A DNA stretch of 64,000 nucleotides from Psammoneis japonica (lineage: Eukaryota), in assembly GCA_008632985.1 (NCBI GenBank), contig QPGO01000015.1, positions 497,998-561,997 on the forward strand. Reading direction: 5' to 3'. The notes below the pieces were generated by a model, which saw nothing but the letters and a program-made list of their open reading frames with translations, did not search any database and had not been told where the DNA came from. Positions 48,297-59,899 of the stretch are shown in pieces (position 1 is the first letter of the stretch; each line of letters opens with the position of its first letter). Both the position numbers and the translations under genes were made by a program.

Positions 48297-51200
48297 TCAG
48301 AGAGGCTGTTCAGGAAGCGTCTCGACGAAATCCAACAACTCTGCTGCCCCCTCTACTTGCAAACTGGTGTCATGATGCTTGTGTCAACAGAACTTGTAGT
48401 TGATTGAGGATCGATAACTCTATCTGGCAACCCTCGACCGCTTACATTCAGGAGTGCTCTCAACAATGTACAAGAATCTACCTCTAGCATGCGCTTCAGA
48501 CACGTCAGGGCCACGGGTCTTATATCATCGTCATTTGAGAGTAGCGGAAGAATAATGGTACCGACCAACGGTATAAATTCAAACGCCCCCTTCCCGCAAT
48601 CGCTCTTGAACAATCTCGAAAGAAACTCAAGAGTATCAACGAGTAACGTCGTGGATTGGGATGGATGCCTTTCCTTTGATTGGCAATCACTTCCACCGTT
48701 CTTCACGAGCCCGCGAGTATCACACGACCCCATTACCGATTTCTCTGCGAGAAAGCCAGTAAGACGAATGACGTTAGGCCACACATCATCCTTCAACCGA
48801 CTTATCATGAAGTCGTCTGACTGTTCAAAAAGCACAGCTACGAGGTCCAACAGCCTTGAGAGCAATGTGAACTGCACGACGCCATCTTCACGTGCCGTTG
48901 AGGGTTCCGTCTGTATCGATCGAACAGAAATGGTGCGTGATCGCTCCGCCTGCAACACAGAGGATGCTGAGTCTTTGAGTCTTGAGCATATAGCAGGCCA
49001 GCACTCGTTGATCGCCCGGTAGACGGCCGTACCAATTCTGTTTTCTTCATTTGACTTAGGATACAAGGGGAAGAGAAGCATTTAAATGCAGTTGAGCACG
49101 TAAAATGAAATCTGCGTCTATCAGTGCAGCGTGGTGGCCCATAGGCCAGAATAAATGCAGCTCACCTCCGAAAGTCGCGAAAACGAGCCCAGCAACACAA
49201 AACCATGCCGCAAACAGTTACAACTTGCAACCTGCACCTTCAAGCTCCGAAATGAAAGCAAGAAACAACTGCGGGCCAAAAGTAGATTGATAAAGTCTAC
49301 CTCGTCCTCACTGAGAGAGACAACGGGCGGTAAACCCTCTTCAAGAGGCGTCCTGTTCTTAATTTCCCGGTAACTTGCGAATCCTTCTTCAGGCGTGAGC
49401 CCACTTTCATCGTATTCGTCTTCGGCTCTGCGGAATGGAGCCAAAACGGCCAACCAGGGTGGATCAGAGGTCCCTGTCGGAAAATTACCAGTAACGATCC
49501 CCGTCTCAGAAGCACCTGCATTTCCGATCTTGTAGCATCCACACAGAAAGAGCAATGCAGCATCGATCATCCGGGCAAGATCAACCAATACCAATGTTTC
49601 CTGCATGCTGTTCCGTGCCATACGCGGAGCCAGCTGATCGAACGAGCGAATCAATTCGCGGATCACGTCAATGACGTAGGAAATGTTGGTGCGATCACGA
49701 AGCGAAAGAGTTTCGGGCTTCAACAACGGTGTTTGGAGTCTCGAGTCAAGAGAAACAACCTCCGAGTGGGTGGAGAAGCGAAGGACAATCTCGACTACGC
49801 AGGGAATCGACGCCGGATAAATCTGCTGTTTCCCACCTATAGCGCGCATGTGGTTGGTCATAGCGCCGAACAGATAGTCAGAGTAGCTTCTTACCAAATC
49901 TGGAGTACCCGTTGTCTCGCAAACAGAAGCAATGCAATTCAGTGTTCGAACCGCAGCAAATTGCACCTGCGAGTGGTTTCGGGTACTGGCTCTTTCGAAC
50001 AGAGGGTAGAGAATCACCGGGAGAAAAGATTCAACCTCCCGCGACAACAGAATCACAAAGGTCTCCAATAATTGAATCAGGGAGCACACCATCAATGCGC
50101 AACCCCTAAGAACGCTCGCGGAAACACTATTGAGTGTCATCGACGGGTTGATAAAATGCCCTTGCATCTCAGTCAAATCAATTTTATCTCCTGAGTGTTC
50201 GATGGATTCAATTACAGTGGGCAGGTTCCAAAGTGGAGCATTGGCTATCACAGGAAGAACAGCTGAAGCAAGCGACTTGATCAAGCGGCGGCGCCGCCGG
50301 TCGCATCGAGCATCGGGATGCGGTCTGGAATACGCGCCCCTAAGTACCTGTTCCAGAAAACCGTCAGTTCAGATCATTGTCGAAAGACCGTTCCAGAGAA
50401 GCTACCGCACATTCTTGCGTACCTCAGTTGCCACAACTATGCATCCTACCCATTGATGGATCCAGCTTGCAAGTTGTGTTTGGGTCAGGCTTAACTTGGT
50501 GCGCGAATCCAAAAGGTCTGCTACGCAACCATCAATAAATGATGCCGCGTGCCTAAACCCCAATGCTCGACCAAGAGAATTCAACATGCGTTTCGCAGCG
50601 GAAGAAGTCTCATCAGAGAGGTATCGAAATCGAAAGTGGGCGGAGCCGGCGGGGGTAACTATGGAGGAAGCCTCGATCGCGGCAGCCGATGTGGTAGCCG
50701 AGGAGAACTGGAGAGATTCAAAATCCATGTCAAACAACTCTACAGAAGCAAAGGAGTCAATGAGAATATGAAGAAAGTAAAAAAAAAAGTCGACAACTAA
50801 AAAGGAGGGAGCAATTCTCACCGGATAGTATCTTTCGTAATAACGTTGACACGCCTTCAGAAGAAAGCGACGCCCCAATCACCCCATTAATCGAATAATT
50901 CAATCGTTGTGTCGAGTCCCCTAGTTCATCCAACGAAAGGTGTAAGTAGCCATGTATAAGCTGCAGTCGTAATCTAAGCTCGCCTTCCCGTCTGCTGCGT
51001 ATGACCGCGGGCACTTCTTCCAACAATTGAATTGTCCGCGGCACAACCTTAGACTTCAAGTGACTTTTCCAACGTGTCGAGCCCAAGAAACGTTGATAGT
51101 TCAATATCGCCCGACAAGAAGAAGATGAAACGCGCTCTGGTACAGGCAAAGTTTGTAAGATCGTACAGGATGGAGTACAAAGCAAAGACATCGAATTGCC

Positions 51201-52650
51201 TAGACAAAGGCAAATACTTACCATCCTTGTCTGTTGCGAGGACCAACAAACATTCCATGGCTTTCAACTCCAATGTTTTTGCATTTTCGCTAGTCCAATC
51301 GCCACCGACATCCGTCAGAATAGTTGCGCAGAAATCGGTAGAGGCAAGACGAACTGAATATGCCGGTGAAACCGGCAGAACATTCATGAGTACGACAAGA
51401 GGCGGGGGCAGTCTCGCATTTGCTTCATTTCTAAAAGACTCTTCGCTGTTTGAAGCATGCGGCAGCTGCGAAACGCCATCGCTCTGTTTCACTTCGTTTC
51501 CGTCCATTCCACGTGTCTTCTCCGATTCGCTGTCATCTCTTTGTGACCTGAACCCACGAATGTTGTCCATGATTTGCTTTAAGTCCGTCTCTTTGCTGTT
51601 GGTACTTGGTGGGGACAGACATAAACAGAGCAATCTCCTTAGTGCTTCAAGACCTTCAGCTGCACCTTTTGGTACACTCGGATACAGCCTCATTTGCGAA
51701 AGGGTGAACTGGCACAATCCCGCAAAGCAGCCAGGAAAAATCGCTCTCCATGTTTTCTCGTCGAGCACGTGTTTCATTAGTGATAATAGCGTTTCGAGCG
51801 TTTGCATACACAGAGTACTGTCTCCAGTACTGCCTGCTGTCTGGTTTTCATCCACAAAAGTTAAGGTCGAAATACATGTGTTGACTATCCGCGCCACGAG
51901 ATTGCCATAATATGCCCCTGCCAGCTCATGCGCAACGCTATTTCTGCTCCTGTCATTTGAAGACGGAGAGACCAACAATACGATACATTGCAATACGGAC
52001 ATCATGAACTCCTCTCCTTTATCGAGAGGGTCGGAGCCTGCTTCGTGTACCATTTCTGAATAGTCCAGCGGAAGTGCGGCAGAACAAGCTGCAAGACATC
52101 TCAGAAGGAGTTTTGACGGTAACTCAGTCCGACCATTTTTGTCACCAGAATCTTCTGCCTTGGGCGCTCGTTGGATGCAACTGATAAATGTAGAAAGCGT
52201 GTCCGCCGCTGCTTTTACACTCTCCCATTCTACACTCCTCCTAATGCGAAGCCTTCGCCGGACAACAGCCTCAGTGAACTGGCCCTCGCTGACTTCATCC
52301 CTCAACGTGTGCCCTCCTTCAAGAATCATTATGATTGGAATCAAAATGTACTCAGATATGAGCAAAAGGCCTTGAACGGTTTCCAATTCAATCTGGCCAT
52401 CTTGATTTTGAGAAAGGAAAAAGTCTTGAAGTGCACCGAGCAACTTGGTTTGTGCGCGTAATAGCCCAAGGATACGTTCTTCTTGCGAATTCTTCCCGTC
52501 GATCAATTCTTTATACTGTTCTATCGACGTCAAGAGCATCTGAAGCATGGGGTCAACCTTCACAAACAAATTTCTTGTAACACTGTCTAGATTGGCAATC
52601 GGGTGCCCCTCTCGCACTCCCTTTTCTGATGATAACATGATTGAAGACAT
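48297..52650 (-). CDS. TTI1: TELO2-interacting protein 1-like HEAT/ARM protein (TTT complex); several introns and apparent frameshifts
   Basis: Long helical ORFs with ISEYILIPI, IFPGCFAGL, SDYLFGAM, WPAICSRL, DDFMISRLKDDVWP, matching TTI1 landmarks. Family call is from motif recollection. Confidence 0.7.
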
Positions 52651-52944
52651 GAACGCAACCGTCACAAAGATGCCAGTCGTATATCTTTTTCAACATTGCT
52701 CTCAAATCTCAAACCGAATGCGACATCAACAGCGGCGGTCGTCGGCATTGATTATGATCTGTTGGATGCAATTTTGAAATTTCGAAAATGTAGCAAAATA
52801 CGCCAAAAACTTTAAAAAAAGCCAAAACAGCACACGAAACATCAAAAACGCCAAGACCGACGCATACCTACTAGAGTAGGGCCCTACTACCGTATTATCT
52901 CGACACCCCCAAACCCCAAAACACCCAGGTCGACACATCACACG

Positions 52945-53734
52945 ATGGTGTGGTTGCCGGCACGGGCGATTATTCTCTGTCTCGCTTGTTCTAGTTTGTC
53001 GAAAAGGGTGAAGTCATTCAGTGTTTTTAAAAGTCATTCCACTTCATTTTCCAGAATGGAGGAGTCGGTATTGAGGTCTGGCAGCAACAGCGACAAACCT
53101 CACATTTCAAATGTTCTATTCATTGAATGTGGTAAGATGAATGGATCCGATATCTGACGCTCCTCCTTGTAAATTGTTTTATTCGGTAGGCTCATACAGT
53201 ATGTCTTACAAATTGCTTGTTCTGGCTAAGGATTCGGAAATGACTCGCATGGTCAGTCTGCAACAGAAGCTGCAGGTGCGTACCTGTAGATTGAGCGCAT
53301 CGTCTCACCGTTTCGCAATCAATAGTGTGCTAGATGTCTAAATCTTTTCTCGAAATGTTTTAGTTCGAGCTTGTCGTAATTCCATTGAGTTCAATTCTAT
53401 TCCTTCGATCGCAAAACTTGTCCCAGGAGGATATGATGGCCTCAAGGTCTCGGCGCTCTTGGCAGTTCCTCCAAAGTACCAGTCGAATTTGGACTTGGAA
53501 CAGGTGCGTACCACGTATGTCGTCATCGAACAACTTGGCTGACTCTTCAACGATGAACCTCACAACCTATTGTTCCACTCAACGCAGGTAAAGGCTGTCT
53601 TTCCTTACGGCGACGTCAAATTTGAAATACAAGACGGCGGAATGGTTGCCCCTAGCGGAATCGCTATTGATTCCTTGGGTGATAAGAATGAGGACATGGT
53701 AGTTGTATGCGCGGCCGTAACTGTCGGATACTGA
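52945..53734 (+). CDS. Lin0512-family protein with N-terminal targeting peptide, 3 introns
   Basis: Spliced: LFIECG-FGNDSHGQSATEAA-VRACRNSIEFNSIP...VKAVFPYG...QDGGM...VVVCAAVTVGY*. Confidence 0.85.
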
Positions 53735-54159
53735 GACTTGTACACCAACTAGATAGCCTAGAATGGAAAGCTATAGAAGGCGGAGACCCTTCGGGAATTA
53801 TCGTTTGGTGCTGTTATTTCCTTTTTCGCAGAAATTGCTTCCTTCTGTTTTCAAAGCCCCATTGGTGTGGGGTTTCACTCTAGTAGCTTTTCGAGAAAGA
53901 CTCTACACAGAAACTGGTGCTACTAGCACTGCTGCACATAAACTGATAGACGTTCTGTCAGGCAACTAAATCTTTTCCAACTTGTGGCAATTCCTCACAC
54001 GAGAAGAAGAAGAATAGCTCCGAAACATATCTTTGAGTGTCCATCATTTTGTAGCGTTGCTATTCTTCACCCTCAACCCCACCCGGTAGGGTAAGAGTAA
54101 ATGAAGTACCGAAGGCAGCAACATTTTTCTCTACCTTACCTTGCCTTACCGGCATTTCC

Positions 54160-54650
54160 GTTCTGGATCAACAACATGCTGTGCATCGTCACATGAGGAG
54201 ATGCCACACTGTGTGGTGAGGCCATGGTGAAATCCTCAGAAAAGTGAGAATGACGATTGCCGGGTCCTCCTCATCAAGAGCACATTGGCAGAAGTGTTTG
54301 GCTTGGTTCTGCTGTGCAAAGATTTCCGCAGTTTCAAAAGCCGCAACAACGACTCGGCACAAAGTGATGCTCTTAAAAGCAACAGCCAAGATGGAGTCAC
54401 AAGTCAGCGAGTGCCCAAGCCATTTGGAGCTCAAAACATCCAAATTGCAACTCGCACTTCCATGTCCATGTCATGTGACTCACCACTTGTTCCAGGAATG
54501 ATTCCCCACTGGCATTGCCGGTCGCTCCGTCCAGCCCCCCCCTCACGAAAACAGCCCAGCTGCTGTGGTGCACAGAAGTTCGTTAGCCACAGCATGATGC
54601 CATCACAAAAAACATCCTCCTGTTCCTCTTGTTCCAATGATGTTGCTTGA
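54160..54650. mobile_element. Short partially CpG/TpA-depleted remnant
   Basis: Local loss of TA and reduced CG between two genes, adjacent to tandem repeats. Confidence 0.45.
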
Positions 54651-54688
54651 ATTATTGCCTGCGCCCCCCGCGCCGCTCCCGCCCGCTG

Positions 54689-54965
54689 CTCATTCTGCTC
54701 ATTCTGCTCATTCTGCTCATTCTGTCGGGTCTGTGCTGTGTTGGACCGTGCGTTGGACCTCGCGAAAAAAGCATTGGACCTCGCGAAAAAAGCGTTAGAC
54801 CTCGCAAAAATGCATTAGACCTCGCGGCTCGCTCGTGCCGTGAGTTGCGAGGTCTGGGGTTAAAAAAAAAGCGTTGGACCTCGCAAAAAAAACGTTGGAC
54901 CTCGCAAAAAAAAAAACGTTGGACCTCGGGAAAAAATCATTAGACCTCGCGAAAGCTGCCTCGCA
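54689..54965. repeat. 9-bp (ctcattctg x4) and ~21-bp (tt[g/a]gacctcgc+A-tract, about 8 units) tandem arrays
   Basis: Directly visible. The 21-bp units fall in two clusters, about 54753-54825 and 54872-54965. Confidence 0.9.
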
Positions 54966-55044
54966 AACTGAAAACTCCACACTCCACACTCCAAAACAGC
55001 AACCAAGAGCCAAGACGGAGGGATAGTACAGCATCTGTAGAGAA

Positions 55045-56257
55045 ATGAGCTCAGCGCAGTCAGATCAAGCGAGAAAGGGTTCGTCAAAGCCCAGCGGACA
55101 ACAGGGCATGTACAAACGCGCAATGATGCTTGGCACTATCGCAGTGCTCGCGACGTTGATGTGGCAGTATGTTGATGCCAACGCGACGCTGTGGACGTTT
55201 GACCTGCTGCTGTCTGTCACGACGACCACAAAGACGCGTTTTCGCAACTTTAGAGGAAAGACGATATGGGTGACTGGCGCATCTTCTGGAATTGGGGCTG
55301 AGCTTGTATGCTTGTTAACCGAGGCGGAAGCAGGACACAGTAAGTGAATTGCTGCAATGCATTCTTCTGCGCAGACCTCAGGCCATGCCGGACAATCAAC
55401 GCTGAACTACGAACAACTTACTGTTGAATGTGGGCCTCTCTCTAAAAAAAAAACTAGTCGTAGTGTCGTCAAGGCGTGAAGAGAAGCTCAACCAAGTTAT
55501 TACGTCATGTAAAGATCAAGCTTCCCGTGATGAAACAGGTGAAACACGGTTTTCCGTCGTACCCTTTGATGCATTCGCACCAAATATAGATGAAATCGTG
55601 AATCAAGCAGTGTCCTTAACCGGTGGTATTGATATACTTTTTTTGAATGCTGGAATTTATCAATTGGAACCAGCGCTTGAAACAGATATGGTAGCCGTAC
55701 AGCGCATCATGAAGGTCAACTTTGAAACGCCTGTTGCTTTGTCCACCGCACTGATCAAAGCCGACAAATGGAAAGAGCGAGGGCATGGGCATATAATGGT
55801 GGTTTCTTCGTTAATCGGACGCGGAGCTAATAGCTTGACAAGTGCGTACTCGGCATCTAAGCATGCATTGCGCGGATACTTCCACTCTCTTTCAACCGAA
55901 GAGCACTCTTGGTTGCGAGTCGACGTTGCAGCGCCTGGTGCGGTGGATACGGCATTATGGACAACCGGCTTTGACAAGACGGTCGACTGCAGTTCATCGA
56001 TCAAACTCGCTGCTGACAGATGTGCGTGGCTTATTCTAACCGGAATGGTTGGCCCAAATTGCCTTTTTTACGAGACGTGGATGTCGAAGCCACTTGGTCT
56101 TGTTTGGGTCTATCTTTCCCTGCTACCCAATGTGTTTCATTGGAGCGTACAACTATTAGGAACACTTCGCGTTGCTATCTATAGGGATGATGGATCTGAT
56201 GCTCTTGATCTTCCATCCCTGATCCGACAAATATTCAAGCTAGCTCGAGGGAGCTGA
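55045..56257 (+). CDS. Membrane-anchored SDR (DHRS7-like); intron 55340-55457
   Basis: GKTIWVTGASSGIG, IDILFLNAG, SAYSASKHALRGYFHSL, N-terminal TM segment. Confidence 0.9.
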
Positions 56258-56652
56258 CTCCATCGAACGGGGTCAGGTGGTTGTTCCGTGTAGTTTATAC
56301 TGTAGTACTGTAAGTGGGGCTAAAATGAGATCAGGTCTAGACGACTCTCGCTGCTCTACTGTGCTCCTCTAGCTAGAGGTTGCAGCGAGTTATGGTTGGT
56401 ACGACACCCAACGCAGCCAGCAGCCAGCTAAACGAAATAAACTGATTGGGCAGTTCGGTCTGCCTGCTTGCCGCGATCTGACTGCATCGGGCATCGCCGA
56501 TCTTTTTTACTGCATGGTGGTAGGTATCGGGCGAAGAAAAAAGGAAAAAAGCCTGCTCACACAGCTCACAGCATCGAATGCAACATCATCTCTCATCTCT
56601 TTTCAGAATTTCCTGAAGAACTCGAAGGCCCGTCAAACGCTGTCGAGGCATA

Positions 56653-59600
56653 ATGCAGGACACTGAGAATGAAATGCCGTCTTTGTATGATTTGAGCGAT
56701 GATACAATTCTGCACACACTCGCCTTCATCGGATCGGTTCAGTCGCTAGCAAGTTTTGCCTTTGTGTCGAAGCGAGCTTCGTCGTTGGTGTTTGACTCTC
56801 CCGTCTCAGATGAGTTATTTGAAATCATTTATAGGAAGTCATTTGGCTATAAAGGAACTTGTTTGAAAGGTGGAAAGGAACAATGGAAATCGCTCTGTCG
56901 TCTCAGGGAATGCCTCCAGTGTGCAACGCCGTTAAAACACCAAGAAGAAAGTAGTACACTCCATACTATTGGCATCGTGCCACCATCCGAGGAAGCTGAA
57001 GCTATCTTCTATGACAATCCCTCGTATGGAACTGAGTACGTGCTGATCACCGATATATACTGGTTAGCGATGCTTGATGGATGCTCAAAATCATCTTGTC
57101 TCACGTTCTGCTTCCTTCGAAAGTCAAGCTTATTTCACAGGATACTTTGGGTTGCAGGAGGTAGATGAGCGTGGAAATGTGCTAGTTTGGGGAGATTTCA
57201 ATGGGGTACGCATCGCGCCTTCTTTGGACACACTTCTGGCCTACACTAGCCGCGATAAAAAGGAGTCGCAGCAGAATCTTTTCGAAGCCGTCGATGGCGG
57301 TGGTTTTCAGGTGCTTTCCATAATCCGAGATGAAACATCTTTCTTTTTAGGTTGTGCATCTGGGATGACAGTTGCGGTGTCGATCGCGTTATTGGAAGCG
57401 GACAGCAATGCGTACAAGGTAACTTCGTCCGCGTCAGTCCACACAAGCGAAGTAACAGGTCTTGCCTTCACTTGTATCGGCGACGGCTGCCTCCTTAGTT
57501 GCAGCGTCGATGGAAAGGTTTTCATGTATCCGTTCTCAGCCGAGGGATCATTGGACGATGCGAAACTCGTATGCTCACCTGATAAAGCAATATTCAGCAT
57601 GAGCGCTGCCAGGTGGACTGATTCTGAAGTAATACTGTGCACAGGCGACGAAGACGGTGAGATTTCTCTTTGGCAAGCGCCAGTGACTTCGGGCGAGACA
57701 AGCTTGTTTTGTAGCTTCAATAGGTGTGATGGAAACTACTCCTCGACGACTTCGTCTGGGGAAAGTGTCCTCGTCTCCCAGCTTTCATTCCTTCATGACG
57801 ATTGCAACGTCCTGATTTCGGCATCAAACGCCGGTGAGCTTCGTTCATGGGATGTTACAAAAGAACAGAGAAACGTTGACTGGGGAGAATCTGACTTGGT
57901 ACCAAGGCTTAGGCTTCGACATGCAATGGCAGGTCACAGTGGTACCATTGAATCAATTAAAGCAGTTGGAAACGTGTTGCTCACCAGCGGGGGCGTCGAT
58001 GGACATATTAAGGGCTGGGACATCAAAAGCGGAGCCTTGCTAGGCTCCATTGCGATTCACCCTGGAAGGAATCTTCAGTCGGAGCTACGATCAAGCAGTT
58101 TGGTTTTGAACAGTGCAGTGGTTGACATCATCTCATGCTATCGCCGTGAGTCTATCGTTTGTCTCTGCAGGGATGGGGTAGTGCGCGAATGGTCATACCG
58201 CAGAGGTGAAGACTCGATAACAGCACAATCGCAAAAGAAACGGAACTCTGGAGTATCTGGGGATTCGGGTAATCGGAAACGTTCAAATGACACTCTGATG
58301 AACTCATCGGCTTTGATTGCAAGCCGAAAACGACATATGCTGGATTCCATCGGACAGATAATGAGCAGCTCGCAAGGAGACTATGACGGCTCGGGGGAGA
58401 TGTCCCTTGCTGCTCGAATGAGGAGAACATTAGTCTACGCCGCGTTTCGGTATTCTCTTGAATCTTCAACGAGAAGCCCATACATCCCTTGTCCGTTCAT
58501 TGGAGCCGACAATTCCATTTACAGTGACATTCAAGCCGCCTTCAATCAATTTGGTGGGATCCTTCCATGTCAGCAATGCCGTTCGGTTGGGCTAGAGGTG
58601 AGTTTTTTTCTTCCTTACTCCTATCCTGTTCTATGGATCACGCCTTTGACGTCTCATTGGAACTCAACACTACTTGTGCTCGTAGGCATATGCATGTCGT
58701 CTTCGTTTAAAGCATGATCACAATGACGAGGAGACTGTGGACAAAGAAAGCATGGCATCATTTTTGAGAGTGCTGCTACGTTCGAAAAAAGTAGCCTGCA
58801 GTTTGTCTCAAGAGCAAACATCTAAAGAGGGTCAATCAGCTGCTCCGACACAAAAGAAAGCATTTATTGGTTCTTCCAAGACTATCAAAGTCAGGCTTGT
58901 CTCAAATGTCGACACCTCGGCGAGATTGCCACTGCTCGCTACACTGCCTTCTCTTGATTGCGGTGATCTTGTCAGCCCGACTGCGATTGATTGTGAGGTG
59001 GAAAGAATTTGGGTATGCAAGAAGTGCTCGTACAAAAATCCGTACTTGAAATACAAGTGCATGGGGTGCGGTAAGCGGACTGGAGGACCAATTATGCTGG
59101 TCAACTCGTCAGAGGCAATAACCAGCATCACGGAGGAACGATTGTCGGGTGTAGAAGATACAAGATGTGGAGACTTGAATAGGTTTTCGCTATCTCCGCC
59201 GATGAAAGATATCGTTGCTCCACTTCCGACTGATGTCTTGTTTGGGAGAGCCAAGCACAACCATGAAGGAAACATAAGGTTTCGCGCTTTGGTGTCTCAC
59301 CAACAGAACTACTACCTCCGTGCGTCGAAGGAAGAAGGAATCGCTATAGCTAAAGGCATCGTCCTTGCAATTCGGTCACAAATTCCACCAGGAAGATTCC
59401 TGAAACAAAGCAAGCGCTCAGGGCTTTACCATGATGTTGGAATGGCTATGGCTGCAATGAAAACAACCAAGTGTCTTTGGGAAGTTCGACGGAAAGCGCC
59501 TAGAAACGAGAGTTGTAGGGGTGAGACTAGCGAGGCATTCCAGTCGACAGACTCGTTAACGGATACAGCCGCATGCAACAAGAGCGGTGATTGGGAGTGC

Positions 59601-59669
59601 CATCAATGCTCGATTCTAAACTGCGATGACACAGAATGCTTAGCTCGCAAAAGAAGCAAATTGAATTGA
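56653..59669 (+). CDS. F-box-like + WD40 + RanBP2-type zinc finger + DUF6824 multidomain protein; introns 57036-57123, 58598-58685
   Basis: LYDLSDDTILHTLAF (F-box-like), GHSGTIESI...DGHIKGWD (WD40), WVCKKCSYKN...KCMGC, DVLFGR...HEGNIRFR...PPGRFLK. Both introns join the ORFs in frame. Confidence 0.8.
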
Positions 59670-59899
59670 CTTGAAATGCGCATGTTTTTCTGTTTTATTA
59701 GACTTATCATAATGTAACAGCTTTACATTTTTATTCAAGAATAATCTGTCTGTCCACGTACAGTGCAAAAGAAGTAGCAGGGCCCTCTCTACTAGAGTGC
59801 AGACAGCTCTGGCTGAGGCGAGATCCAGAAAAGAAATACCAGGTAAGGCATGAGCGAGCGAGTAAATGGGTGCCACAGGCATGTTACGATGAGTCGTCG

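Noticed and set aside
43485..51910. Long antisense ORFs (e.g. 43485-44141, 51074-51910)
   Set aside because: Shadows of real genes on the opposite strand.
54753..54965. Repeat array as CRISPR or telomeric repeat
   Set aside because: No spacers, and the unit is not a telomere motif.
59785..59830. CTAG as a Helitron 3' end for the terminal island
   Set aside because: No convincing subterminal hairpin or Rep/helicase motifs.
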